Of a stretch of DNA of 64,000 nt, positions 11,127 through 21,068 are shown one piece after another. The notes beneath the pieces were generated by a model. It saw nothing but the letters and a program-made list of their open reading frames with translations. It was not told the origin of the DNA and searched no databases. The DNA lies in contig CAWDXG010000001.1 in the NCBI GenBank assembly GCA_963806225.1, positions 1 through 64,000 on the forward strand, written 5' to 3'. The first letter of the stretch is position 1, and each line of letters opens with the position of its first letter. Origin of the DNA: an uncultured delta proteobacterium. GTDB taxonomy: Bacteria; Myxococcota_A; Polyangia; Polyangiales; Polyangiaceae. Both the position numbers and the translations under genes were made by a program.

Positions 11127-12535
11127 ACGTGCGCGAGCACCTCGGCAAGCAGTTCGACGAGCGCCACTTCCACTGGGTGTGGACGCACGTGACGGCTCAC
11201 GCCGCAGCGACGGCTCACGCAGCGTTCGCCACCGGTGTGCCCGAGCTTCTCCGCGCGCTCGCGCGGCTCATGGACGAAGGACGCGCGAACGACGCAAGCG
11301 ATCTCTACGAGCCGGCGTTCGACTATCTCATGCGAGTCGGCGTGTTCGTGGTAGCACTGGAATATGGACAACGCGTGCTCGAGCTCCTTCCACCGACAAG
11401 CGCGCGAGCCGCAGGCCGTCTTGGCAACATCGGATGGTGTCACCAGGTTCTCGGCGACTACGCCAAGGCGTTCGATACTAGCGAGCGCGCGCTGACCATA
11501 TTCGAGGAGCTCGGACTGCGTCGCGAGCAAGCGGTGCTTCATAACAACGTCGGCGTGTGTCACCACGTACGAGGCAAGATCGACACGGCGATCGGCCAGT
11601 TCGAGGTGGCACTGGGGCTCGCCACCGAGATCGGTGACTTGGAAACGCAGGCAAACAGCCTTGGGAACCTTGGGCTCTGCTACGCTGACCTGAACAAGCC
11701 GCGCGAAGCGCTCGATTTCTTGGAGCGGTCCCTTGCGCTGGACGTGGCGATCAACCGAAAGGATCTCCAGGCGAATCAGCTTGGCAACATCGGCAGCCGA
11801 TACGTCGAGCTCGGGGAGCCAGAGCGAGCGCTCGGGTATTTCGAGGAAGCCCGCGCGTTGCGCCAAGCGATTGGTAGTGTCGTCGGCGAGGCCGGGGACC
11901 TGATCCACGTGGCACGTTGCCGCTTCCTCCTGGGCGACGTCGAATCGGCGCTTGCGGCCGCCGAGGAGGCGTTGAGCCTGCATCGCAAGGTTCGCTACTC
12001 ACGTGGAATCGTACGGTCACTGGTAGACCTCATGGACCTTCTGCTCGCGTCTGGCGATCTACCGCGCGTGGTCGCCTGCTCCACGGAGCTCCTCACCGTC
12101 GCCGAGGAGAATTACGACATACACGCGCAGTGCGTCAGCCTCACGAATCTCGCGCGGTGTCACCGAAGGATCTTCGATACCGTCGGCGCCGCTAGATACC
12201 ACACGCGCGCCCTGGAGTTGTCCCGCAGCAACGGCGACGCCGGTGGCGAAGCGATCTCGCTGGAAGGCCTGGCGTTGTGCGCGGAGCTGGCGGGCGAAGC
12301 CGAGACGGCGTTGGCGACCATGACCGAAGCGCTCGCCGTCAGCCGGCGCGCTGAACTCTTAGACGGCGTTGCGTGCCAGACGGGGCACCTGGGGCGCCTG
12401 CACGCCGCGCGGGGTAATGCCGACCGCGCGCGTGAGTGCTTCATCGAGTCATTGGAACTGCTCCAAGCGATGGGGTTCGCGGACACTCATCCACGCGTCG
12501 TCCAGGTGCGGTCCGGCCTTGAGTCGGTTCAGTAG
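11127..12535 (+). pseudogene. TPR-repeat protein, 5'-truncated by element B
   Basis: Repeated LGNIG/LGNLG/NNVG TPR motifs; frame begins at the element end. Confidence 0.8.
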
Positions 12536-12841
12536 CAGGATGTCAGTCTATGCGAGTCAAGGCCTCGACCAGCTGGCGCGTGCACCCTAGGCCGTGCGCG
12601 ACCCCCCGGTATTCGCAATATGCCGGGCAGTACCGTATGCATCTCTGGGCGCAAGGGGACGCCACGCGTCCGGGTGCGCCCGGGTGGCGTGTGGACAAGG
12701 TTCGATGGCCGCGGCAATCGCTGCGACTCAGTGGGCAGGTGGACGTCGCTTTGGCTTTGGCTGTCGCACTCGGTTGCCGAACCCGGCCTGCTCGGCAAGA
12801 CGCGCCCACTTCTTCTCGGACGTTACGATGATGTCGTTGTC

Positions 12842-13430
12842 TGTGCCGGCTACTCCTCGCGTCCGCCGCAGAATCGCTCGGGAATCCGCCACGCACAAGA
12901 CTTGAACGGCGCGGCGCGATCGTGCACATCGCGCTGGTGCTCGACGCCTTGGTTCATCGCTTTCGCGACGTGGCGCGCAGGGCAGCCGAACGCTTGGCAG
13001 CGGCCGTGCGGACCGGCACGCGGCCGAGCCCGGGCCCTGTCATCGGCGGGCTGCTCCGCGACGTGGCTCGTTCGCGCAGAGAGCTCATCGCGGAGAACGT
13101 GCTCCTCCGCCAGCAGCTCGTCGTCGCCGCGCGGCAGGTGAAGAAGCCGAGGTTCGCCGCGCACGAGCGGGGGCTTCTCGTCGCGCTCGCCCATTTCGTA
13201 CCGCAGTGGCGTGACGTGGTGCTGCTCGTCAGGCCAGAGACGATCCTGCGCTGGCACCGGGCGGGCTTCAGGCTGTTCTGGCGGGCGAAGTCCACGGTGC
13301 GCGCGCGTGGCATGCCGACCCGACGCACGCCGTCGGAGACGGTCGAGCTCATCCGGAGGCTGGCCCAAGAGAACCCGCTCTGGGGCGCCGAACGGATCCG
13401 CGGCGAGCTACTGAAGCTCGGCGTCCAACG
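12842..13430 (+). mobile_element. rve-integrase IS (family C), left part only
   Basis: Starts TGTGCCGGCTAC; close homologue of 15049-15636; cut at LLKLGV by a family-A module. Confidence 0.85.
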
Positions 13431-13596
13431 TAGCCCCGGATCGACTTCGTGGATCGAACGTTATGTAGCCTGGTTCCCGGTAGTTACGCGTTCCCGCCGG
13501 CTTTGTCCGGCCGATCCGTGCCGTGATCCAGGCTCCACTGTCTTGCCCTTGCCGGTCGGCGTACACTTCCGGGATGGGGTTGGATTTCCTCGCCCT
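13431..13596 (+). repeat. Diverged family-A end module
   Basis: TAGCCC..CGACTTCGTGGATCGA.CGTTATGT...CTCCACTGTCT...CGGCGTACACTTC.GG.ATGGGGTTGGATTTCCTCGCCCT aligns to the minus strand of 2372-2544. Confidence 0.85.
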
Positions 13597-13831
13597 CGCA
13601 CTGCGACCGCTCCGCGCCTGGGAATCCACTTTCGTTTTGCGAGTGGTGGGAGCACTAGCCACACTATGCGACACTGTTCCACAGTGGAAGCTTCTTCGCT
13701 GGCTCCGGGCAGCCGTTGCACTCGCAGAAACTAGATGCTTGGACGGCAGGTGGCCGCGATCCGGCCGACACGCGCGGAGCGCGGCCTGACGCGACTTGAC
13801 GGGCAAGCGCTCAAGGGCCGAGAATCCCTTT

Positions 13832-14962
13832 ATGCTTGGGGCCTTTTCTAGATGGCAACGTCTCGCGGTACGCGGCGGTGCCCTGCTGGCTGTGTCCCTT
13901 GCCATTGCGTGTGGAAGAACCGAATCCGACGGGACGAGCGTGCCAGGCTCCGGCGGGACGGATGCGGGAGGATCGGGCGGGATGTCCGATGCCGGCTGCA
14001 TCTTCGGATCGAACGTGGGCGTGCCCGCACCCCAACCTACGCCCGCGAGCTGCAACCCGGCGTGGAATCCGTCCCGGCATTCGTGCGGGCCGAACCACAA
14101 TCAGGATTGCTGCAGGAGCAACCTCGTCCCGGGGGGCAACTACTATCAGGGTACATTTCGAACGCCACTCGGAGTCGACAAGACCTACCCCGCCACCGTC
14201 AGCCCGTTCCGGCTCGACGTGTACGAGGTCACGGTGTCGCGCTGGCGCGCTTTCGTCGAACACGGTTGGTCGAACCAGCAGAACCCGCCGCCGCCAGGCG
14301 CAGGGAAGAATCCCTACGTATCGTGCAGCGGGTGGGATCCGTCTATCGGGACCGACGGGTACACGCCGTTCCCCAAGGACCAGAGCGCTGCCAACGCGAG
14401 GTTCGCTGCATGCGGCAAGCCGGCGGCGGACGCGGGCACGTCCGAAGCGGGCCCAGCCGGCGCAGGAGAACCCGACGCGGGCAACGCCGACCCGACCCTG
14501 CCGTACGCTTGTGCGAGCCGCGCCGAAGCGATCGCTTTCTGCGCCTGGGACGGCGGCTTCCTCCCGAGCGACGTGGAGTGGGGCTTCGCGGCTTCGGGCG
14601 GCAGCGAGCAACGGGAATATCCCTGGTCGGCGCCCGCCGGCTCCACGCTCATCGACGCCCAGCACGCTACGTACAGCGGTGCGCTGCTCTCGCCGGTGGG
14701 CTCGCATTCGCCGCTCGGCGATGGGCGCTGGGGGCAGGCGGACATGGCCGGGAACGCCGCCGAATGGGTGCCGGACGAGTTCAGCATGGACGGTGACCGC
14801 TACACGGCAGGCTGCGACGACTGCGAGTCGTTCGTCGATTCCGCGATCCCGATCCTACGCGGCGGCGACGCGAGCAGCGCGCCGAAGGACGTCTCGGCGA
14901 TTGCTTGGAGCGAATCGTACCCAATCCAGTACCACGGGCTGAGGTGCGCCCGGAAACCCTGA
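13832..14962 (+). CDS. FGE-sulfatase (SUMF1/EgtB/PvdO) domain lipoprotein
   Basis: LAIAC lipobox, FRLDVYEVTV, AFCAWDGGFLPSDVEW, DMAGNAAEW, RGG, GLRCA. Confidence 0.9.
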   Translation: MLGAFSRWQRLAVRGGALLAVSLAIACGRTESDGTSVPGSGGTDAGGSGGMSDAGCIFGSNVGVPAPQPTPASCNPAWNPSRHSCGPNHNQDCCRSNLVPGGNYYQGTFRTPLGVDKTYPATVSPFRLDVYEVTVSRWRAFVEHGWSNQQNPPPPGAGKNPYVSCSGWDPSIGTDGYTPFPKDQSAANARFAACGKPAADAGTSEAGPAGAGEPDAGNADPTLPYACASRAEAIAFCAWDGGFLPSDVEWGFAASGGSEQREYPWSAPAGSTLIDAQHATYSGALLSPVGSHSPLGDGRWGQADMAGNAAEWVPDEFSMDGDRYTAGCDDCESFVDSAIPILRGGDASSAPKDVSAIAWSESYPIQYHGLRCARKP

Positions 14963-15048
14963 AATGCTGAAGTGAACGAGGAGGACGAGATGCAAGCGAT
15001 GACATATCCGCTTCAGCGGAAGGGCGCGACTGCACTACTGCTCATGGC

Positions 15049-16315
15049 TGTCCTGGCTACTCGTTGCGTCCGCCGCAGAATCGCTCGGGAATCCGCCACG
15101 CACAATACTTGAACGGCGCGGCTCGATCGGGCACATCGCGCTCGTGCTCGAGGCCTTGCTTCATCGCTTTCGCGACGCCGCGCGCAGAGTAGCCGGACGG
15201 GTGGCAGCGGCCGTGCGGACCGGCACACGGCCGAGCCCGGGCCCTGTCATCGGCGGGCTCCTCCGCGACGTGGCACTTTCGCGCAGAGAGCTCATCGCGG
15301 AGAACATGCTCCTCCGCCAGCAACTCGTCGTCGCGGCGCGGCAGGTGAAGAGGCCGAGGTTCGCCGCGCGCGAGCGCGGGCTTCTCGTCGCGCTCGCCCG
15401 TTTCGTGCCGCAGTGGCGTGACGCCGTGCTGCTCGTCAGGCCAGAGACGATCCTGCGCTGGCACCGGGCGGGCTTCAGGCTGGTCTGGCGGGGGAAGTCC
15501 AGGCTGCGCGCGCGTGGCATGCCGAAGCGACGCACGCCGCCGGAGACGGTCGAGCTCATCCGGAGGCTCGCCAAGGAGAACACGCTCTGGGGCGCCGAGC
15601 GGATCCGTGGCGAGCTACTGAAGCTCGGCGTGCACGTGGCGAAGCGCACCGTCCAGAAGTACATGCGCCAGGCACGCGGGCCGCGCCCGTGGGGGCAGAG
15701 CTGGTCGACGTTCCTCGAGAACCACCTGCACCAGATCTGGGCCTGCGACTTCCTCCAGCTCTACGACATCTGGTTCAGGCCCATCTTCGCGTTCTTCATC
15801 GTCGAGCTCGGCTCGCGGAGGGTCGTGCACCTCGGCGTGACGCGCAGTCCCAGCGCAACGTGGGTCGCCCAGCAGCTCCGCAACGCCACGCCGTTCGCCA
15901 CCGGGCCGAGGTTCATCATCCGCGACAACGACGACAAGTTCGGGCCCGACTTCGAACGAGCAGCCGAGGCAGCGGGCGTGCGGGTCCTCCGCACCGCGGT
16001 GAAGGCCCCGCGCATGAACTCCTTCTGCGAGCGGTTCCTGGGCAGCGTGCGGCGGGAGTGCCTGGACCACGTCATCGTGCTCGGCGAAGAGCACCTGCAT
16101 CGTGTGCTGCGCGAGTATTGCTTTGCGTACTTCAACGTGGCCCGGCCTCATCAAGGGATCGGTCAGCTCGTCCCGATGGGTTCGTCGTCTGCTGGCGCAG
16201 CAAGCGGGGCGGTCACCGGGCGCGCCATTCTGAACGGGCTCCATCACGACTACCGGCGCGCAGCGTGACGGGGGCTTTCATGCCTGCGGATGATCCACGT
16301 AGCCAGCTCAGGACA
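15049..16315 (+). mobile_element. rve-integrase IS (family C), near full length
   Basis: TGTCCTGGCTAC...GTAGCCAG(CTCAG)GACA imperfect terminal IRs around an integrase-core ORF. Confidence 0.85.
15144..16268 (+). CDS. Integrase core (rve, DDE) transposase
   Basis: VRPETILRWHR, WGAERIRGEL, WACDF, IIRDND, NSFCERFLGSVRRECLDH, RPHQGIGQ, LNGLHHDY. Confidence 0.93.
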   Translation: MLEALLHRFRDAARRVAGRVAAAVRTGTRPSPGPVIGGLLRDVALSRRELIAENMLLRQQLVVAARQVKRPRFAARERGLLVALARFVPQWRDAVLLVRPETILRWHRAGFRLVWRGKSRLRARGMPKRRTPPETVELIRRLAKENTLWGAERIRGELLKLGVHVAKRTVQKYMRQARGPRPWGQSWSTFLENHLHQIWACDFLQLYDIWFRPIFAFFIVELGSRRVVHLGVTRSPSATWVAQQLRNATPFATGPRFIIRDNDDKFGPDFERAAEAAGVRVLRTAVKAPRMNSFCERFLGSVRRECLDHVIVLGEEHLHRVLREYCFAYFNVARPHQGIGQLVPMGSSSAGAASGAVTGRAILNGLHHDYRRAA

Positions 16316-16437
16316 GCGGAATGGCCACCCTGGGTTTGGCTGATCCAGCACGGATCGACGCCGTCCGATGCGGGCATGATGGTTGCTCTGCCCTCGCGAT
16401 GTTGGCCATGCACAAACCACCGCGGTACGTTCCTGGC

Positions 16438-16626
16438 GTGAGCTCCGACGCAACACCGCGCCCCGTTTGTCCGCTCTGGCAGCCGCATCCCGACGACCGG
16501 GATGACGTGCGCGATGCCATCGCAGGTGCGGAGCGCGGCGAGCTGCTGTCGCCCGAGGCGTCCGAAGCGTTCCTGCGCTGGCTGGAAGGGAACGCAGACG
16601 ACTCGTGGCGCGACGAGCTCGGGTAA
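16438..16626 (+). CDS. Small acidic protein, possible antitoxin
   Basis: DVRDAIAGAERGELLSPE resembles antitoxin C-termini; overlaps the next ORF; start uncertain. Confidence 0.5.
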   Translation: MSSDATPRPVCPLWQPHPDDRDDVRDAIAGAERGELLSPEASEAFLRWLEGNADDSWRDELG

Positions 16627-16877
16627 CCACCTGGTACGCGCGACGCTACGGGCGTGTTGCGCGAGGCGGCGGTGGGCGTGCGCTCGCGATCGGTCGCACC
16701 GTGCGGGCTCTGGCGAAGGCGAACGACCTCCCCGCTCCCGGTGACTTCGAGGCCAGCGAGCGCCCAGTCGGACGCGCCTGGGTCCGCCGCGTTCCCGGGC
16801 GGAATCTGTGGCTGTGGTACCGCTTGACGGATGACGAGGTGCTGCTGCTCACCGTGACGAAGTGCGGAGCGACGTAG
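16605..16877 (+). CDS. Small basic protein, possible RelE/ParE-like toxin
   Basis: 90 aa; WVRRVPGRNLWLWYRLTDDEVLLLTV resembles the RelE-type beta-sheet. Confidence 0.5.
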   Translation: MARRARVTTWYARRYGRVARGGGGRALAIGRTVRALAKANDLPAPGDFEASERPVGRAWVRRVPGRNLWLWYRLTDDEVLLLTVTKCGAT

Positions 16878-16973
16878 CTCTAGCCGGCGCAGGCGTTCCT
16901 GCGCTGGCTGGAAGGGAACGCAGCCGACTCGTGGCGCGACGAGCTCCAGCCACGCCCCGCGACTGGTGCGCGC

Positions 16974-17333
16974 TCACACCTTGAGCCAGACCAGGCGATC
17001 CTCGAGATCTTCCTGGCTCATCCTTGAAAGTACCTTCGCAAGCACCTTGACCGCGGCTCCGACGGGCATCTGCCGGGCCAGCAGGATGCCGGAATGATGA
17101 CGACCGCTGGCAATGAACTGTCCGTGCAGGTTGGCGAAGTCCCCACGATTGAAGGTAAACAGGCAGCGTCCTTCCCGAGCCGCGTACTCGAGCTGCTCGG
17201 CATCGGAGGCACCCTTGTTCCCGGCATCCGTCGTCGTGACAACGTCGAATCCACGGCGATGAAGGCCCACGGCAACGCCCCGGAAAACGTCCTCGTCGAG
17301 GTACAGCTTCGGCCGCTCCGCCGGCTCGGTCAG
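16974..17333 (-). CDS. DUF5615 PIN-like toxin
   Basis: KLYLDEDV...GFDVVT...GASDAEQLEYA...LFTFNRGDF; start overlaps the DUF433 stop. Confidence 0.88.
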   Translation of the reverse strand: MTEPAERPKLYLDEDVFRGVAVGLHRRGFDVVTTTDAGNKGASDAEQLEYAAREGRCLFTFNRGDFANLHGQFIASGRHHSGILLARQMPVGAAVKVLAKVLSRMSQEDLEDRLVWLKV

Positions 17334-17611
17334 GGCTCTACCTCGGTCGCTCCGGGTGGAGCCCCCGCGTCGCGCGCGAGGATGACGTCGATCTCGCTCT
17401 GGTGATCGAGGTAGTACAGGAGCGCAGCATGCAGCCCTTCAGGGCGGAGCGACGGCAGCTGGACGAGGATCTCATCGAACTCCAGGCCCAGTTGGTGCGC
17501 GCGCACGATGGCCGCCACCGGGATGCGCGTCCCCTCCACGACGGGCTCGCCGCCGCGGATGGCCGCGTTCTGTACGATGTGGGGGTAGCTCCCGGTAACT
17601 GCCTGACTCAC
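17330..17611 (-). CDS. DUF433 antitoxin
   Basis: IRGGEPVVEGTRIPV...EILVQLPSL...AALLYY. Confidence 0.9.
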   Translation of the reverse strand: MSQAVTGSYPHIVQNAAIRGGEPVVEGTRIPVAAIVRAHQLGLEFDEILVQLPSLRPEGLHAALLYYLDHQSEIDVILARDAGAPPGATEVEP

Positions 17612-17715
17612 GCATGTTTCGTACCACGGCGCTTTGGAACGGACAACGGACCGCTCCGGCGTTGCCAGGCAGCACAGGTCGCAATCCTCGTGCCCCCTTT
17701 CGCGTAGTATCGCTC

Positions 17716-18237
17716 ATGCTCGCCGTCGCCGACATGCCCGCCGTGCCCGGCTTCGAGACTCCGCGCCAGCTCTACTGCGTGGCGGCGGCGCCGGCGCCGC
17801 TGTTTGGGATGGAGTATCCGCTGCGGCGCACGCAGGGCGACTGGCAGGCGCTGTACGACGCAGGCGCGCGCGGTGTGGTGTGTCTCGATGCGCCCGCGCG
17901 CTACGATCCGGCGCCGGCGCGGCTGCTCGGCACGATCGATCTGGAGGATCTGGTGATCGGAGGCCCGCCGCGCGATCCGGCGGGCGAGCTCGTGCGCGTG
18001 AGGCAGGCCGTCGAGCTCGTGCTCGCGTCGCTCGAGCGCGGCGAAGGCGTGGTCGTGCACTGCGCGGGCGGAACGGGACGCACCGGCACCGTGCTCGGCA
18101 GCGTGCTCGTCACGTTGGGGGAGGGCCCCCGCTCTGTCCTCGCCTACCTCGACCAGCTCCACCGCGTCCGCGGCCGCGGCGGCTGGCCCGAGTCGCGCTG
18201 GCAGCGCGGCGTGGTGCTCGGGGCGGGGGGCGGGTAG
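17716..18237 (+). CDS. Protein-tyrosine/dual-specificity phosphatase
   Basis: VVVHCAGGTGRTG (HCx5R). Confidence 0.88.
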   Translation: MLAVADMPAVPGFETPRQLYCVAAAPAPLFGMEYPLRRTQGDWQALYDAGARGVVCLDAPARYDPAPARLLGTIDLEDLVIGGPPRDPAGELVRVRQAVELVLASLERGEGVVVHCAGGTGRTGTVLGSVLVTLGEGPRSVLAYLDQLHRVRGRGGWPESRWQRGVVLGAGGG

Positions 18238-18302
18238 GCGCGTGGCGGCCGCCGCTGGCGGATGGCGATGTCGCCACCCGGGCGACCAGCACGCCTTGCA
18301 CA

Positions 18303-18325
18303 AACATTAAATAGCATTTAATGTT
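18303..18325 (+). promoter_or_regulatory. AT-rich inverted repeat, probable AbiEi operator
   Basis: AACATTAAAT-AGC-ATTTAATGTT, 5 bp before the abiEi-like start; AbiEi proteins are known to autoregulate via upstream IRs. Confidence 0.7.
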
Positions 18326-18330
18326 CGTGT

Positions 18331-18915
18331 GTGCCTCGCCTCTCGCCCCACGGCCAACGTCCCGACTGGAACAGCCTGTACGAGCTGGCTGCGGCCCAGG
18401 GTGGCTACTTCACGCTGGCGGACGCGGCTCGAGCCGGCTTCTCGGCACCGCTCCTGCATTACCACGCCCGCGTGGGACGCATCGAGCGCGCCGGACGCGG
18501 CATCTTCCGGCTGGTGAACTTCCCTGTGACCGACGAGGAGGATCTGGTGCCGGTGTGGCTATGGTCGGACCGCCGTGGCGTGTTCAGTCACGAGACGGCG
18601 CTCGCCCTCCATGGGCTCTCCGACGCGCTGCCGTCCAGGCTGCACCTGACGCTGCCCGCTCCGTGGTCGAAGCGGCGGCTGCGTGCTCCACAGCGCGTCG
18701 TGCTCCACTTCGCCGACCTCCCCAAGCGCGAGACGGCCTGGAAGGGACCCGTCCGCGTCACGAATCCCCTCCGCACCGTCCGCGACTGCGCGGCAGGCGC
18801 GGTGCCACCCGACATCGTCCGCCAGGCCGTCACGCAGGGCGTCCGTCGAGGACTGTTCACCCGCGATGACGTACGCGCGATCCGGCAGGGCCAACGACGA
18901 CATGACCGTTCGTAG
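18331..18915 (+). CDS. abiEi: Type IV TA antitoxin, AbiEi family
   Basis: LYELAAAQGGYFTLADA..GRIERAGRGIFRL..VFSHETALALHGLSD..TNPLRTVRD. Confidence 0.88.
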   Translation: MPRLSPHGQRPDWNSLYELAAAQGGYFTLADAARAGFSAPLLHYHARVGRIERAGRGIFRLVNFPVTDEEDLVPVWLWSDRRGVFSHETALALHGLSDALPSRLHLTLPAPWSKRRLRAPQRVVLHFADLPKRETAWKGPVRVTNPLRTVRDCAAGAVPPDIVRQAVTQGVRRGLFTRDDVRAIRQGQRRHDRS

Positions 18916-19798
18916 CTACGCCAGCCCCGAGGCATTCAAGCAAGCGCTGGAGCAGCGGCTCCGGTCAGCCGCTCGCGCGAGCACGGTGCCGGTCAACCGG
19001 TTCCGGCAACTGCTCGTCTTCGATCGCTTCCTGGCCCGCGTTTTCCAGACCCTCGGTGAACGCGCCATCGCCAAGGGGGGATTCGCGCTCGAGCTCCGGC
19101 TCGCACGAGCGAGAACCACGAAGGATGTCGACCTGCGCCTCGTGGGGCCCAATCACGATGTGCTCGCCGCGCTTCGCAGAGCGGGTCGACTCGACCTTGG
19201 CGACTGGCTCTCCTTCCTGGTCGAACGCGACAAGGAGATGCCGGCGATCACGGGCGACGGCATGGTGTACGACGGCCTGCGCTTCCGCGCGCAGGCCGAG
19301 GTTGCGGGCAAGCGATACGGCGACCCCTTCGGCGTCGACGTGGGCTTCGCCGACGCACTGGTGGCGGAGCCGGACATTGTCGACGGTAGCGTGTTTCTTG
19401 ATTTCATCGGCATCGCACCGGCAAGGCACCGGCTCTATCCGAGGAGCGCGCACATCGCCGAGAAGCTCCACGCCTACAGTCTGCCGCGGGTGCGGCACAA
19501 CACGCGGGTCAAGGATCTGCCGGATCTCGCTTTGCTAGGCTCTGCTGGCACGCTGGATGGCAGGGAGCTGCGCGCCGCTCTCGAAGCAACCTTCTCGTTC
19601 CGTTCCACGCATCCACTGCCAACCGCCCTCGGGCCACCGCCGGACGCCTGGCGTCCAGTGTACGCGCGCATGGTCGAGGAGGACGAGCTGCCCTGGGCGA
19701 CGCTCGAAGCAGTCTATGAAGCGGCGCGCGCGTTTCTCGATCCCGTCCTCGCGCACCGCGCGGAAACCTGGAACGCGAAAAGCTGGCGATGGGAGTAG
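18902..19798 (+). CDS. abiEii: Type IV TA toxin, AbiEii nucleotidyltransferase
   Basis: FKQALEQRLR, KGGFALELR..RTTKDVDL, IAEKLHAY, NTRVKDLPD. Confidence 0.92.
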   Translation: MTVRSYASPEAFKQALEQRLRSAARASTVPVNRFRQLLVFDRFLARVFQTLGERAIAKGGFALELRLARARTTKDVDLRLVGPNHDVLAALRRAGRLDLGDWLSFLVERDKEMPAITGDGMVYDGLRFRAQAEVAGKRYGDPFGVDVGFADALVAEPDIVDGSVFLDFIGIAPARHRLYPRSAHIAEKLHAYSLPRVRHNTRVKDLPDLALLGSAGTLDGRELRAALEATFSFRSTHPLPTALGPPPDAWRPVYARMVEEDELPWATLEAVYEAARAFLDPVLAHRAETWNAKSWRWE

Positions 19799-19844
19799 CC
19801 AGGCCTGCGCGCAATCCGCGATCCCCTCGCTGCGTAGGGGGGGC

Positions 19845-20456
19845 ATGGCTCGATCCGGGATTGCATCGCTGTTCGTGCTCGCGCTCTTGACGGCACCCGC
19901 TCCGGCACGCGCGCAGCCGGACGAACCCATGACGCCGCTGCCGTCGGAGTGGCTGGCCAGCCCGATCCACCTTCCCTGCGGGCTGACGATCCGCGAGTGG
20001 CGCGGGAAGAGCCGGCCGAGCCGCGCGATGGAAGCCAAGCTGGAGCGCTGGTGCGTCGCGGCGGAGCGGCACTTCGTGCCGTTCCTGCACTCGCGGGGGC
20101 TCGAGCTGCCGCGGCCGGACCGCGGGGCGTTCCGCTGGAGCGAGTCGCTCATCCCCGATGGCGACTGCCACCGCTGCCTGAACGACTACAACGGCCGCTT
20201 CGCGACGCGCTTCACGCATGAGTTGGTGTGGGGCTACACGAGCCTTCCGCTGCGCTGGTCGTTCATGATCAGCGACGTGCGCTCGGAGATGTTCCGGCAG
20301 GTGTTCACGCACGAGCTGTTCCACGCGATGAGCATGTACTACGGGCTGTACGCCTCGCACTGGGGCATGTGGATCGTGAAGTCCGGCGAGGACGAAGAGC
20401 TCGCGCGCGCCTTCACGCGCTCGATGGGTCTCGGCGCGTGGCGTCCGGGCGACTGA
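19845..20456 (+). CDS. Secreted protein with HExxH motif (possible zincin)
   Basis: Signal peptide ending ARA-Q; VFTHELFHAM. Confidence 0.65.
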   Translation: MARSGIASLFVLALLTAPAPARAQPDEPMTPLPSEWLASPIHLPCGLTIREWRGKSRPSRAMEAKLERWCVAAERHFVPFLHSRGLELPRPDRGAFRWSESLIPDGDCHRCLNDYNGRFATRFTHELVWGYTSLPLRWSFMISDVRSEMFRQVFTHELFHAMSMYYGLYASHWGMWIVKSGEDEELARAFTRSMGLGAWRPGD

Positions 20457-20611
20457 ACATCCGTCGCTGACGTTCCCTGTCCGACCGCGGGTTGCACAGC
20501 CAAGGCCCGCGGCCCATCGTGGTCCATCATGCAGAGTCGTCGCCGCGCGGGGCGAGCGACGACACGGTGTCAGACGGACGTGCCCCCGCGCGTCCACGGG
20601 GAAGGAGGGTC

Positions 20612-21068
20612 GATGGTCGGACTGATCGCTGGAAGTGTGCGTGCGCGCGGCACCGGGGTCGCGACACTGATCGAACAGGTGCGCGGCGGGTGCCGCGCGG
20701 CCGAGCGCGAGCTTGCGCTGCTGCTGCACCGGGAAACCCGGCGCGCGGCGCGCATCCTCGCGCGCAAATGCGGGCGCCGCGCCGGCGAGCTGGCCCCGAC
20801 GCCGAGCCCACCGTGTGGCAGAACGTGGTCGGCCGCTTCGACCCCGCCGCGGGGCGGAGCCTGCGCCGCTTCGTCTACGAGGCCGTGCGCCGCGTCGCGG
20901 TCGACAGCTTCCGCCGCGACCACGCCCAGCGCCGCGGCGGCGCCGCCATCGTCGTGGCCTTCGAGGTCGGCTCCGTTGCCTGCAGTCTCCCCGATCCCGA
21001 AGCCCAGGCCATCGCCCGAGACCTCCTCGAGCGCGCCCTGGCCGAGCTGCCCGAGCTCCACCGCTCGG
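20612..21068 (+). pseudogene. ECF sigma-70-like gene, frameshifted and 3'-truncated
   Basis: LIEQVRGG..AAERELA; RFDPAAGRSLRRFVY..AVDSFRR; PDPEAQAIARDLLERALAELPE, then joined to transposase DNA. Confidence 0.65.
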
